Source of the DNA: Macrostomum lignano
Lineage: Eukaryota
Reading direction: 5' to 3'
Assembly (NCBI GenBank): GCA_002269645.1
Contig: NIVC01002690.1
Coordinates: 62,001 to 126,000, forward strand
Length of the DNA: 64,000 bases
Shown: positions 21,827-38,900 of the stretch, piece by piece
Numbering within the stretch: position 1 is the first letter of the stretch
How the letters are laid out: each line of letters begins with the position of its first letter
The notes under the pieces: model-generated
Told to the model about the DNA's origin: nothing
What the model saw: only the letters and a program-made list of their open reading frames with translations
Databases searched by the model: none
Translations under genes and position numbers: made by a program

Positions 21827-22350
21827 GGCAGTGCTTATTCCCACAGTACCATAGGAATAATTTCTGTCTTATTCCAATGGTACCATGGGGATAATTTTCT
21901 GCTTATCTGCATGGCACATTGACAAGATAGCTGCCGTATCTTCTACATATGCCATGGGAATAATTTAGTTTAGTACTTATGGTTTAAGTGCAATATAACA
22001 TAACTTTGCTTGGCCATTAGTTTTATAGAAGTAAAAATTAATGCAAAAAAAACTATTTTGTATTTATGACATGATTTAAGGTAAATTGCTTTAGTAATTA
22101 TTTATAATTTGAATTTTTAGCAAAGTATAATCCCGAGATCATAATGAAAGTGAAAAGTACATTGCTGCTTCTGTTGTAGACTTCTACTAGACATGTAAAT
22201 TAGCAATTTGTTTGTATAGATTATTGCATTGCTTCAACAATTCGCATTATCTCGTCAGTGTGCCATGCGGATAAGCAGAAAATTATTCCCACGGTACCAT
22301 TGGAATAAGACAGAAATTATTTCTACAGTACCGTGGGGATAAGCACTACC
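21827..22350. mobile_element. Mutator-like MITE (524 bp, ~100-bp TIRs, 9-bp TSD ATTGAAAAA)
   Basis: TIR GGCAGTGCTTATTCCC.../...GGGGATAAGCACTACC. Identical ATTGAAAAA at 21818-21826 and 22351-22359. Confidence 0.88.
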
Positions 22351-22727
22351 ATTGAAAAATAGGTTTAATTTATTGTATTATATTGGCTTTGCATTTTATA
22401 ATTACTTTTCAAGCTAGAACTTTTTATATTTATTTAGTTTTAAAATATATAATTATACACATCTATTTTTGGATATCAGTTTATAATTATAAAATAGTCT
22501 TTTCTATAAAAAAGATATCAGTGATTATTAGACCTATCTGTATCCTAATGGGAATTGGAAACTAGATATTATTTAAAAAGTTTTTTCTTTACTCCTAGAA
22601 ACTAAGAAAAAAATTTCTACTTACTATTTTATATTTTGTTATTTCTTTTATATAATTGCATTTCAAAGTTATTCATTTGCTAAAAATATTCTTATTCAAA
22701 TTTGATTTTTTGCATACCTCTTAGCAT

Positions 22728-23429
22728 GGAAGTACTTATCCCTATGGTCCCATGCCAATAATTCTAATTTTATTCACATGGATCCATGTTGATAATTTTC
22801 AGCTTATCCCCATAGCAGCTTATTGAAATACATGTAGTTGCCACCATTCAAGTCTGTAGGCCATGTCAACCCTGAGACAACCCTAAGTACTTTATTGTCA
22901 TTATTATTACAAATTGTATTTTAGATTTTGTAAGTCTCATTCACTTTGATCTTAGGGTTGTTTGGTTGTTCTAAGCAAAGCTGGCAGCTAAGCAAATATT
23001 TAAAATTAACCCTTTTAACAACAAAAAAGTTTTAACAAAGTACTTGATACTATTCAGTATTCAGTAGTTTATTCGGAAGATTTGTAAAATTGTGAAAGCA
23101 AAAAGATGGTTTTTGCAAGCAACTTTTTTAGAAAAAAAATTGAACACATAATTAGATAAATACTGTATAGTCATATAGATAAGACTGATGACATACAACA
23201 AACACTTGAAACAAAAAATACAAAAGAGACTTTTAATTAAAATTAAAAATATAAAACTACATACAGCATGCTAATAAACTATATGTAAATACCAGATGCA
23301 GAAGGACCTCTGGGTCCTTGAACAGATTAATTTTTTGGTTCTCTATTCCAATAAGCTGCTGTAGGAATAAGCTGAAAATTATCAACATGGATCTGTGTGA
23401 ATAATGTGAATAATAGGATAATCACTTCC
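22728..23429. mobile_element. Older Mutator-like MITE of a related family (702 bp)
   Basis: Ends GGAAGT.../...ACTTCC. Inverted GATCCATGTTGATAATTTTCAGCTTAT..CAGCTTATT arms. Degenerate 9-bp TSD TCTTAGCAT/TATTGGCAT (7/9). Confidence 0.7.
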
Positions 23430-24047
23430 TATTGGCATTGGCAAGTCATAAAACTCTCATTAAGTTTATTAATAATGCAATTATAATCAATCATAAAATT
23501 ATGATTGCTGCCAAAATGACTATTGCTTGTCAACAAAGTGATTAATCTATTATTAAATAAGTAAAATCAACTTTTGAACTTAGCATGCTGGTATAATCAT
23601 TCAGTGTATCAACAATTTAAAAAGTATTTAAGCTTTCCTCATTATTTGATTTTGCCTAGGGTCAAAATAGATAAATGTTTATAAAATGTGCTCAAATTAT
23701 AACATACTAATATATGATTATATAATTGGTTTTCAAGTGTTGCAACTAAATTTAAAATGAAAAAATGAAATTGATATATCATAAAATATGATGCAAAAAC
23801 CTAGCTCTTTAAAATTCATTTCTTCAAATGTTTTCCTTATCCATATATTATATATATATTGAACTTTGAGCTACCAATAGATGATTATTACCTTATTTTT
23901 ATCATTATGAAAGCAAGTTAGATTACAAAAGCATTAGTGAATTTAAAATTCCTGTCAATTTGCCCACATTTCTAAAACAATATTAAACAGCTTCTTATGG
24001 ATTAACTGATTAAAGCTGAGGGTTTTTTGGCATTAAATAAAAAATAA

Positions 24048-28313
<4,266 letters not shown>

Positions 28314-29254
28314 GAATTCTCGGGGCTGGTGCAGGCGTTAATTTGCTTCAACAGTTTTTATCAACTTTTTGCGGCATTGTAGTTTTTTTTTATTTTAAGT
28401 AGTTGTCATTATAGATTTTTATTGAATTCATAATCAGGCAGTAAATTAGATTGGATTTTAGGTCGATTCCATAATCATGCCAGTTGAGCAGATCAAGAGG
28501 CTACATGGTTGCTACCCATCAAGTGCTAATTCATTTATCCCATTGAAAACGTTACCGTGACAAGAATCGTGACCGTTACCGTCATTATTGAAGCGCCCCA
28601 AAGTCGCAGACAATAAAAAAACGCTTCAAATTGACTCTTTTAGAGCCGTTTTAAAGTCTGATGGAGTCACTTCTTGTCTTTTATCATTGTCACCTGCAAC
28701 ACAGTCACTCTGGGACGCTTCTTGGCGTAGTTACCGGTTTAGTGATTTTTATTGCGATATTATTAATCATAATTCTTGTTCATTATTAATTTCTTTTTTA
28801 TTGTCCATCTCTGTAGCGCATATACGCTCGTACAGTTTTTTTAAACAAACAATGCAGTTTGATATTCATTTTACTGAAGTGAGCGCAGCTTTTTGTGCAT
28901 TATGAATTATGAATTTTCTCGTTAGATTGACTGATTAACTGACATTTAATAGGGCAATAACGTATGGAATTTATTTTCAATATTCTGTATGCGCTACTTG
29001 CGATAGTAGTAGATAGTAGAGAAATATACTGTGTGAGCTCGCCAATATATTGATTCATTTTCTACAGAACAGGATATGCTTTGCCATCTTTTGAAGCTGT
29101 AAAATTAAGGCAGCTGTTGGTTCTCGATTGCTTTGTCTAATATTTCATCTCAAGAGTCGACCGCATTAACGTTAACGCTGAGCTAAAAGTACACACTTAC
29201 TCATCAAAGCCACGGCCCCCTTAGCTTTCATGATATTGCACACAATATATGGAC

Positions 29255-29545
29255 CATAAACACCAAATCTATCACTATCTACAGTATGAGATGGGCCATA
29301 GACACCAAGTCTATCACTATCTACAGTATGAGATGGGCCATAGACACCAAATCTATCACTATCTACAGTATGAGATGGGCCATAGACACCAAATCTATCA
29401 CTATCTACGGTATAAGATGGGCCATAGACACCAAATCTATCACTATCTACAGTATGAGATGGGCCATAGACACTAGATCTATCACTATCTACAGTATGAG
29501 ATGGGCCATAGACACCTGCAAATCTATCACTATCTACAGTATAAG
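29255..29545. repeat. 42-bp minisatellite between the convergent 3' ends
   Basis: ATAGACACCAAATCTATCACTATCTACAGTATGAGATGGGCC, about 7 copies. Confidence 0.92.
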
Positions 29546-29996
29546 AATAGATCACAGATAAATTGTTTTCGGCTGTATGAGATTTAGCAAAACAAAAACT
29601 TCGTTTTTATTTTAGGCAAACCTTCTTGGCATGTTGAGTCACCGATTTTATACTGATGATATGTACAATTAATGTATCATACTGATATTATGATAGATAA
29701 TAAAGAATCTACATGTTGAGTGCTAAAAATATCAATTTTTGCACTAAGAAATTAAATTTCGATTTTACCCTCAGAAAGTTGCTCGGCAAAGCAACAAAAA
29801 AGCTAGATAGCTTTACTACCAAAGACTGCATGTGTAAAAATGTACATGTAAGAGCCGTAACATGTATGGCCATGGAGTTTTGGCAAAGACTGAACTGTGA
29901 AGCCAGTTCAGCACAACTCCATGCAGCTTCAAATGATGCACGGAAGTACAGACGGCGAGCGAATAAACTGCGAACTTAGGTGCTAGCCAGCGACAG

Positions 29997-32900
29997 TCAG
30001 GTGTCGTTTTCATAGGTGTCAGTTTGCCTGCTGGCTTGGGACTGGACAGCTGCCTCAACCTGCATCTCCGCATAGCTGCCACTGGGCCGAGCGCCGCTCC
30101 CAGCCGATGCGCCAGTCGACTGTCGCTGACGACGTGGCATGGGTGCCGGCGGCAGCGAGGATGTGGCTGGGACTGCCGGTTGCTGCGGCGGCGGCGGTGC
30201 TGGCACCGTGGCGACTGAGCCAGGCGGCTGCGACCGAATAGTATCCAGCTCGAAGCTAGGGACCTGCGGCGGCTGAGGTTGCTGCGACGGCGGCTGCTTC
30301 CTGGAATGTTGAGAAGGGAAAATTCCTATCGCGCTTTTTTCTAGTAGTTTCTCTGTGTTCCTACTGACAGTAGGGTAAAAAAAGAAGTGTTTGATTTTCT
30401 TTAAAGGGTATTTCGATCAATGCCGAAATCGCACCGACGAAGAGCCTGAGATGTACTTTTGTCAAGACGACAGTTAAACCGTAGCCATGCAGCCACATGT
30501 ACAGTAGAACGGCAAGTAGTCATGCCATTCCACTGACATGTACTCGTACATTGTAAGTATGCAGACACGCTTTCTCATTGTCAAGGCAGTGTACACAATC
30601 TCTGTGGTGCAACTTGAGCAGCCTTGGACCTCACCTGAGCTTCTGGCACTTCTGCCTCATCCAGAGCCAGATGTCGTTGGAGAAGTAGCCAGCGCAGATT
30701 CCGGCGGGCAGGAGCAGCAGAAGCAGCAGGAGCGCCAGGTGCGCATTCGATGCCGCAGGCGGCGGGCTGACTGCCGGCGTCAGGTTGACGCAGACGACAG
30801 ACTCCGCGTCGCTGCAGTCGGCTCGCTGCCTGCAGGCCGCCTGAGCTGCCGGCTTCTCCTTGGCTTGAACTGAGTCCAGACTCCGCTGCATCTGCAGGCC
30901 TGCGGCTGCCGAATACTCGCCGATCTGCGCCAGTTCGTGGTGGGGCTTTAGAAAAAAATAATTAGTCCAATTTTCCTAAACTTTTCTCGTTTGATCACTC
31001 TTCAGTTTGTTCCAAGTTCTTCTTTGACTGTTTCAAGGCTGCTCCGAAAATACCCCTTTGCTTTCTACCGAAATTCCCTCTCAATTCTTGCAAGATTCTT
31101 TCCGAAATTCCCTCTCGATTTTTGCAAGATTCTTTCCGAAATTCCCTCTCGATTTTTGCAATATTCTTTCCGAAATTCCCTCTCGATTTTTGCAATATTC
31201 TTTCCGAAATTCCCTCTCGATTTTTGCAATATTCTTTCCGAAATTCCCTCTCGATTTTTGCAATATTCTTTCCGAAATTCCCTCTCGATTTTTGCAATAT
31301 TCTTTCCGAAATTCCCTCTCGATTTTTGCAATATTCTTTCCGAAATTCCCTCTCGATTTTTGCAAGATTCTTTCCGAAATTCCCTCTCGATTTTTGCAAT
31401 ATTCTTTCCGAAATTCCCTCTCGATTTTTTGCAAGATTCTTTCCGAAATTCCCTCTTGATTCTGGCAAGATTCTTTCCGAAATTCCCTCTCGACTTTTGC
31501 AAGATTCTTTCCGAAATTCCCTCTCGATTTTTTGCAAGATTCTTTCCGAAATTCCCTCTTGATTCTGGCAAGATTCTTTCCGAAATTCCCTCTCGATTCT
31601 GGCAAGATTCTTTCTGAAATTCCCTCTCGACTTTTGCAATATTCTTTCCGAAATTCCCTCTCGATTTTTGCAAGATTCTTTCCGAAATTCCCTCTCGATT
31701 TTTTGCAAGATTCTTTTCGAAATTCCCTCTGGATTTTTGCAAGATTTTTTTCGAAATTCCCTCTCAATTTTTGCAAGATTTTTTCCAAAATTCCCTCTCG
31801 ATTCTTGCAAGATTCTTTCCGAAATTCCCTCTCGATTCTGGCAAGATTCTTTCTGAAATTCCCTCTCGATTCTGGCAAGATTCTTTCCGAAATTCCCTCT
31901 CGATTTTTGCAATATTCTTTCCGAAATTCCCTCTCGATTTTTTGCAAGATTCGTTCCGAAATTCCCTCTCGACTTTTGCAAGATTCTTTCCGAAATTCCC
32001 TCTCGATTTTTTGCAAGATTCGTTCCGAAATTCCCTCTCGATTTTTTGCAAGATTCTTTTCGAAATTCCCTCTCGATTTTTGCAAGATTTTTTTCGAAAT
32101 TCCCTCTCGATTTTTGCAAGATTTTTTCCAAAATTCCCTCTCGATTTTTGCAAGATTCTTTCCGAAATTCCCTCTCGATTCTGGCAAGATTCTTTCCGAA
32201 ATTCCCTCTCGATTCTGGCAAGATTCTTTCCGAAATTCCCTCTCGATTCTGGCAAGATTCTTTTCGAAATTCCCTCTCGATTTTTGAAAGATTCTTTGCG
32301 AAATTCTCTCTCGATTTTTGCAAGATTTTTTCAAAAATTCCCTTTTGATTTTTGCAAGATTCTTTACGAAATTCCCTTTCAATTCTTGCAAGATTCCTTT
32401 TGAAATTCCCTCGATTCTTCTAAGATTCTTCCAGTAATTCCGCTTTGATCCATCAAAGATTCGTTTTGATATTCCCTCGGGATTCCTTCCAGGATTGTTC
32501 AAATAATTTCCACAAATCCTTCTCAGCCTTCCCTCTACTTGGGAGATTTTCCCAAGGTAATCCATTGCAGGCAATTCATTCATCAAAAGAAGCCCGCCAT
32601 CAGATTTATCAGCATTGGCTGTCGGGCCGTCACCTTCCGCCAGCCCTCGGCGCCGCTGCCGAACTGCAGGACGTTCAGCCGGTTCGACCCGGTCCGGTCG
32701 TCACCGATTGGCCGATAGTCGCCGAATCGCCGCGGCTTGGCCGACGGGCCTCCTTTGGCGTCGCCGAAAAGAATCCGGTTGCCGCGGGCCTTCATCGCCG
32801 CCCAGCTCGGATTCTGCAGCAGGGCGTCGCAAGCGGCCGTCGACGTCGCCGCTACGCAGACGTCCCGACGGTGGCGAGGCCGCCAAGCAGCAGGGCGGCG

Positions 32901-35900
32901 GCAGCGTTGGCTGCCAGCGGCGCCCGGCTGTCCAGGAAGCCGAGGCCGGGCAGCTCGCCGGGCGAGGCCGGTCCGCAGGCGCCGACCGCAGCCGGTTCGG
33001 TTCTGGCGAACTCAGTTGCCAGGTAGCAACCGCGAGCCGACTGGAAGTAGCTCACCAGCCAGGGTGGCCAGGGCTTCTCCGCTGCCGACGGCGGCCGCGC
33101 CAGCAGGCTTCGCTGATGCTCGACGAAAGCGGCGCTCTGGCCGGCGTCAATTTCGACGCTTAGGCAGCCGGCGCAGAGGTCGGCGCGGCCGGCCAGCCAG
33201 GAGCCGGCGGAGCCCACGGCCTCGGTGGTCAGCAGGGTCAGCCCGCTAGCGGCCGTCTCGGCTCCAGCGAAGTCCAGGAAGTTCGTCAGGTCCTCCAGGG
33301 AGCCGAGGAACGGCACGTAGCGGACGCGCTGATTTGCGACCATCCGCAGCAGGTTGGCATTGCTGACGGAGTCCTCGGTGGTGTGCGCGAAGGTCCGGCC
33401 GATGCAGATGTCGGCCTCGGCCGCCAGGCTGAGCAGCTGATCGCGCAGCGACCTGCCGTAGTCCGTGTCGGCGAACACCACGACGATGTAGTCCGCCTGC
33501 GGTGGGGGGCGGCTCGAGTTGGCTGGTGGCGGTGCTTCGGGGAAGATTGAGTGTCAGGTAGGGGAGGGTTGAGTGTCAGGTAGGGGGAGGGTTGAGTGTC
33601 AGGTAGGGGGAGGGTTGAGTGTTAGGTAGGGGGAGGGTTGAGTGTCAGGTAGGGGGAGGGTTGAGTGTCAGGGAGGCGAGAGTTGAGTGTCAGGGAGGCG
33701 AGGGTTGAGTGTCAGGTAGGGGAAGAATGAGTGTCAGGTAGGGGAAGATTGAGTGTCAGGTAGGGGGAGGGTTGAGTGTCAGGTAGGGGGAGGGTTGAGT
33801 GTCAGGTAGGGGGAGGGTTGAGTGTCAGGTAAGGGGAGGGTTGAGTGTCAGGTAGGGGGAGGGTTGAGTGTCTGGTAGGGGGAGGGTTGAGTGTCAGGTA
33901 GGGGGAGGGTTGAGTGTCAGGTAGGGGGAAGATTGAGTGTCAGGTAGGGGGAGGGTTGATTGTCAGGGAGGCGAGGGTTGAGTGTCAGGGAGGCGAGGGT
34001 TGAGTGTCAGGTAGGGGGAGGGTTGAGTGTCAGGTAGGGGGAGGGTTGAGTGTCAGGTAGGGGAGGGTTGAGTGTCAGGGAGGCGAGGGTTGAATATCAG
34101 GGAGTCGAGGGTTGAGTGTCAGGCAGGGGTAGGGTAAGTGTCAGGAAGTGGACGGGTTTAGTGTCAGGGAGGAGAAAGGTATTCAGCAAGGATTGAATGC
34201 CATGGAGAGCTGGGTGTCAGTCAGGCAGTACAGCAATCCCATTGTACCTGCAAGAAGCGCAGCAGCTGCACCATGCTCTGCACGATGACTCTGTCCGTGA
34301 CCACAGTCCTGGCGAAGCTCGGGTACTCGACCGTGTCATTCAGCACAGTGGAGGTTGAGCCGTAGGACACGAGCGGCAGGCCGAACTGCTTGAGCAGCTC
34401 GGCGGCAGCCATGGAGCTGGTGCTGGACAGGGCACCAACAAAGCCCAGCAGTTTTGAGTAGTGAAAGCCGGAAGTCTCCGCTGCCAGCTGGCCGCTGAGC
34501 AGCAGGTTGAGGTTGCGGCCGGTGTACGCCCCGAGGTAGCAGGAGTCGATGATGACGTAACCGAATTTCGGCGCCTGGCCAGCCCTGGCCGAGGTGGCCG
34601 AGGCAAGGAGGGCCCGCAGAGCAGCCAGGAGCTGCTGGTCCATCAGGTTGCTGTTGAAGCCCGCAGGTGGCGCTGAGGACTCGGTAGCCAGGTGGTTCGC
34701 CGCCTGAGATCGTTCAGTGTCAGGGAGGGTTGATGGCTCAGTGTCAGGGAGGGTGAATGGTTCAGTGTCATGGAGGGTGAATGGCTCAGTGTCAGGAAGG
34801 GTTGATGGCTCAGTGTCAGGGAGGGTTGATGGCTCAGTGTCAGGGAGGGTTGATGGCTCAGTGTCAGGGAGGGTGAATGGCTCAGTTTCAGGGAGGGTGA
34901 ATGGCTCAGTGTCAGGGAGGGTGAATGGCTCAGTGTCAGGGAGGGTGAATAACTCAGTGTCAGGGAGGGTTGATGACTCAGTGTCAGGGAGGGTGAATGG
35001 CTCAGTGTCAGGGAGGGTGAATGGCTCAGTGTCATGGAGGGTGAATGGCTCAGTGTCATGGAGGGTGAATGGCTCAGTGTCAGGGAGGGTGAATGGCTCA
35101 GTGTCAGGGAGGATGAATAGCTCAGTGTCAGGGAGGGTGAATGGCTCAGTGTCAGGGAGGGTGAATGGCTCAGTGTCATGGAGGGTGAATGGCTCAGTGT
35201 CAGGGAGGGTGAATGGCTCAGTGTCAGGGAGGGTGAATGGCTCAGTGTCATGGAGGATGAATGGCTCAGTGTCAGGGAGGGTGAATGGCTCAGTGTCATG
35301 GAGGGTGAATGGCTCAGTGTCATGGAGGGTTGATGGCTCAGTGTCAGGGAGGGTTGATGGCTCAGTGTCAGGGAGGGTTGATGGCTCAGTGTCAGGGAGG
35401 GTGAATGGCTCAGTGTCAGGGAGGGTGAATGGCTCAGTGTCATGGAGGATGAATGGCTCAGTGTCAGGGAGGGTGAATGGCTCAGTGTCAGGGAGGGTGA
35501 ATGGCTCAGTGTCAGGGAGGGTGAATGGCTTAGTGTCAGTGAGGGTGAATGGCTCAGTGTCAGGGAGGAAATCATCTTGCAGCCACTAAATCTAGTATGC
35601 AATTTTCAGCTATTCCAATTGCAATTTTAAGCTATTCCAATTGCAAACTTCTCACCTGCAGAATGAATTTAACAGCCAAGGCGAACTGGTAGCCGCCCTC
35701 CCGGGCGCCTCTCAGAGTCCCATCTGAGCAGTAGAATCGGTCATTGCCGGGGTAGCGCACCGGAGCGATCACTCCGATGTAATAATCGCCAGGTGAGAAT
35801 TCCACAATGCCTGAACTGGTTCCTAGGCAATTAGGACAGACGCCAGAGCACTCAGACTTCAGACTGGGCACTTCCTGCACGATGCCGCTGCTAGCATTGA

Positions 35901-38900
35901 GGCCGTAGAACTTGGCAGCTGCGGGACCTCCCAGCTGCCAAGTGACACTTCTCCGAGCTTCATCGCCCGCGCTGTCCACCAGCAGCTCGCCCAGTTTCAC
36001 CAGCCGCTTGGCGCCCGCGACTTCTTGAACGTTGAACATCTGCGAGATGGAATGGAGAGGTCATCTGAGGTCGATACTCTTTTGGTTTATTTTGGACCTA
36101 TTTTTCTAGGTTATTTAGGGTCACCAGCCTATTTCAAGGTCATTTAGGGTCACCAGCCTATTTCAAGGTCATTTAGGGTCACCAGCCTATTTCAAGGTCA
36201 TTTAGGGTCACCAGCCTTTTTCAAGGTCATTTAGGGTCACCAGCCTTTTTCAAGGTCATTTAGGGTCACCAGCCTTTTTCTAGGTCATTTGTGGGGTCAC
36301 CGGACATAGGACTTCAAAATTTTTAAAAACATTTTCAGGCTAATATTTTCATTTTTCTGTTTGTCTACATACGGACTTCCGAAAATCATTTGAAGCTGCA
36401 GGCAGCATGCGCTTTTCCCGAACTGTTTTTTTTCTTAAAATTATGAGTTTGCACCGACTTTGAGCGTGCACACGCTCACGCAGCGTTCCCGACTTTCTAA
36501 TCGTCAGGCATTTACAATCTCTGTGCTTTGAGGGTTGAAGTTGAAGAATGTTAAACTCGATTTTCTTAGAAATGAGCGCCCCATAGATTCTGGAGACTAA
36601 ACTTGTACACATTTACGGCATTTAGGGCATCGAGGCTTTCTTAGTCCTTCTTCAGCCAAAGGTTGTATATTTGCTAGATAGGCCACTCCAGCCGCCTGAC
36701 CCCAGCGCGGAAACCCCGGGGTTTCGACCATAGACTATAGCTTCTGCTGCTCTCAGAGCAGCTCTTGTATGTGGCCATATAAACCATCTATGGTTTAAGC
36801 TGTCTATGGGGCGGCTTGTGGCGAGAGTCAGACGGGCTACTCTGCTCCCAGTCTACTGCCGCACAGCCGCACTGTTACTGAGAACATTCTCGTCACCTTG
36901 ACGGCAGGAGCGGAGAAGCCTCTAGCTCGATGGTAGAGCCCTCTGCTGAACGAGTACCCAGTGTAGTTCGCGTCCGTGAAAATCCCATAGAATGGCACAG
37001 AGCTCAGCAGAGAGGGGGAGAAGCTGAAGCTTCCTGTCGAATTTCGAAGTGCAGACAGCAGGGTACCGTTGGCGGCCCAGGCTTCCAGTGTCCGGCTGAG
37101 CAGCGGAAGCAGGCTGAGCAGCAGGTAGTCATAGTTCAGTGCCGCATCGTAGCACGGGCTGCTGAGCTCGGTCCAGTTGCACTGGGGGAACTCCGGCGAC
37201 AACCAGCTCAGGGTGGAGTTCAGGACCTGCGAGACCACCTGGAAGGCCGGATGAAAGGGAACTGAAAAATTGCGCGTCCTGCATCACCCTCCACTTACCT
37301 ACACACATTCTACACATTCTCTTTACCATGCTCCCCTCTACCCCTGCTTCCCCTACCCCTGCTTCCCTACCCCTGCTTCCCTACCCCTGCTTCCCTACCC
37401 CTGCTTCCCTACTCCTGCTTCCCTACCCCTGCTTCCCCTACCCCTGCTTCCCTACCCCTGCTTCCCTACCCCTGCTTCCCTACCCCTGCTTCCCTACCCC
37501 TGCTTCCCTACCCCTGCTTCCCTACCCCTGCTTCCCTACCCCTGCTTCCCTACCCCTGCTTCCCTACCCCTGCTTCCCCTACCCCTGCTTCCCTACCCCT
37601 GCTCCCCCTACCCCTGCTCCCCCTACCCCTGCTTCCCTACCCCTGCTTCCCTACCCCTGCTCCCCCTACCCCTGCTTCCCCTACCCCTGCTTCCCTACCC
37701 CTGCTCCCCTACCCCTGCTTCCCTACCCCTGCTTCCCTACCCCTGCTTCCCTACCCCTGCTTCCCTACCCCTGCTTCCCTACCCCTGCTTCCCTACCCCT
37801 GCTTCCCTACCCCTGCTTCCCTACCCCTGCTTCCCTACCCCTGCTTCCCCTACCCCTGCTTCCCCTACCCCTACTCTCTCTACCCCTGCTCCCCTACCCC
37901 TGCTTCCCCTACCCCTACTCTCTCTACCCCTGCTCCCCCTACCCCTACTCCCCCTACCCCTACTCCCCCTACGCCTACTCTCTCTACCCCTGCTCCCCCT
38001 ACCTCTACTCCCCCTACCCCTGCTCCCCTTACCCATTGCTCCCCTCTACCCCTGCTCTTCCTACCCCTGCCCCCTACCCCTGAGCTACCAAATCGTCTCC
38101 CGGGCTGAAGTCCACCACGCCAGGCCGCAGCAGCAGGCTGCCAAGCAGGGAAGTCGCCACTGTTGATGAAGCTGGGGTTGCCAGCTGCTGGCCGACAAAC
38201 CGGAAGGCCTCGCCACCGGCCAGGATCCACTGGAACCGACGCTCGGTGTCCGCGTACCGGGCGTCGCCGCCGCCGCTGACGAGCTGCAACAGGCGGCTGA
38301 CGGTGTCGGCCGGGGCAGCCAGCAGCACCGCCAGCCGGGCCAGCCTCTTGTCCGAGTAGACGTGCCTCTTCAGCTGTTCAGCGGCAGCTGTCGCATTCTC
38401 GCTGGTGGCCGAGAGCACCAGACCGAGGCAGAGACGTCGGGAGCCCCTGCTAGCGAGCTGTCGAAGCCGGCCGGCCAGCAGCTGATCGCCTCGGCTGGTG
38501 GAAGTCACGACGGCGATGTAAGTCCAGTTGAGCCCCGTGACCAGCTGGTAGGCCGCCTGCCAAGTGTGATTTGTTGTTAAAAGTACAGTGCGGTGGGTCC
38601 TCCAGCGGGCCACCAGAACCTTGGATCCCCCATAAGCACAAAGTTTGGGCTGCATCACAAAGATCACAAACATAGGATTTTTATTATCAGTGTATTTTCA
38701 GACCTTCATTTTTGTATTTTCGCTAGATGCGCCACGGGCGAGCACTGACATGTCATGGACCACAAAAAATCTCGTTTGAAAACGATATGTGTCCGAAAAC
38801 ACCCCTACATGCTGCTCATATTCACCCTACATACCGCTCATGTTCATCCTACATACTGCTCATGTTCATCCTGTATACTGCTCATGTTCACCCTACATGC

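Noticed and set aside
30991-32586. Many overlapping 200-500 aa ORFs
   Set aside because: 34-bp tandem array inside the receptor intron; open on both strands.
36577-36812. CGCCCCATAGA inverted pair around the palindrome GAAACCCCGGGGTTTC
   Set aside because: Arms are only 11-12 bp with no TSD; too weak to call a MITE.
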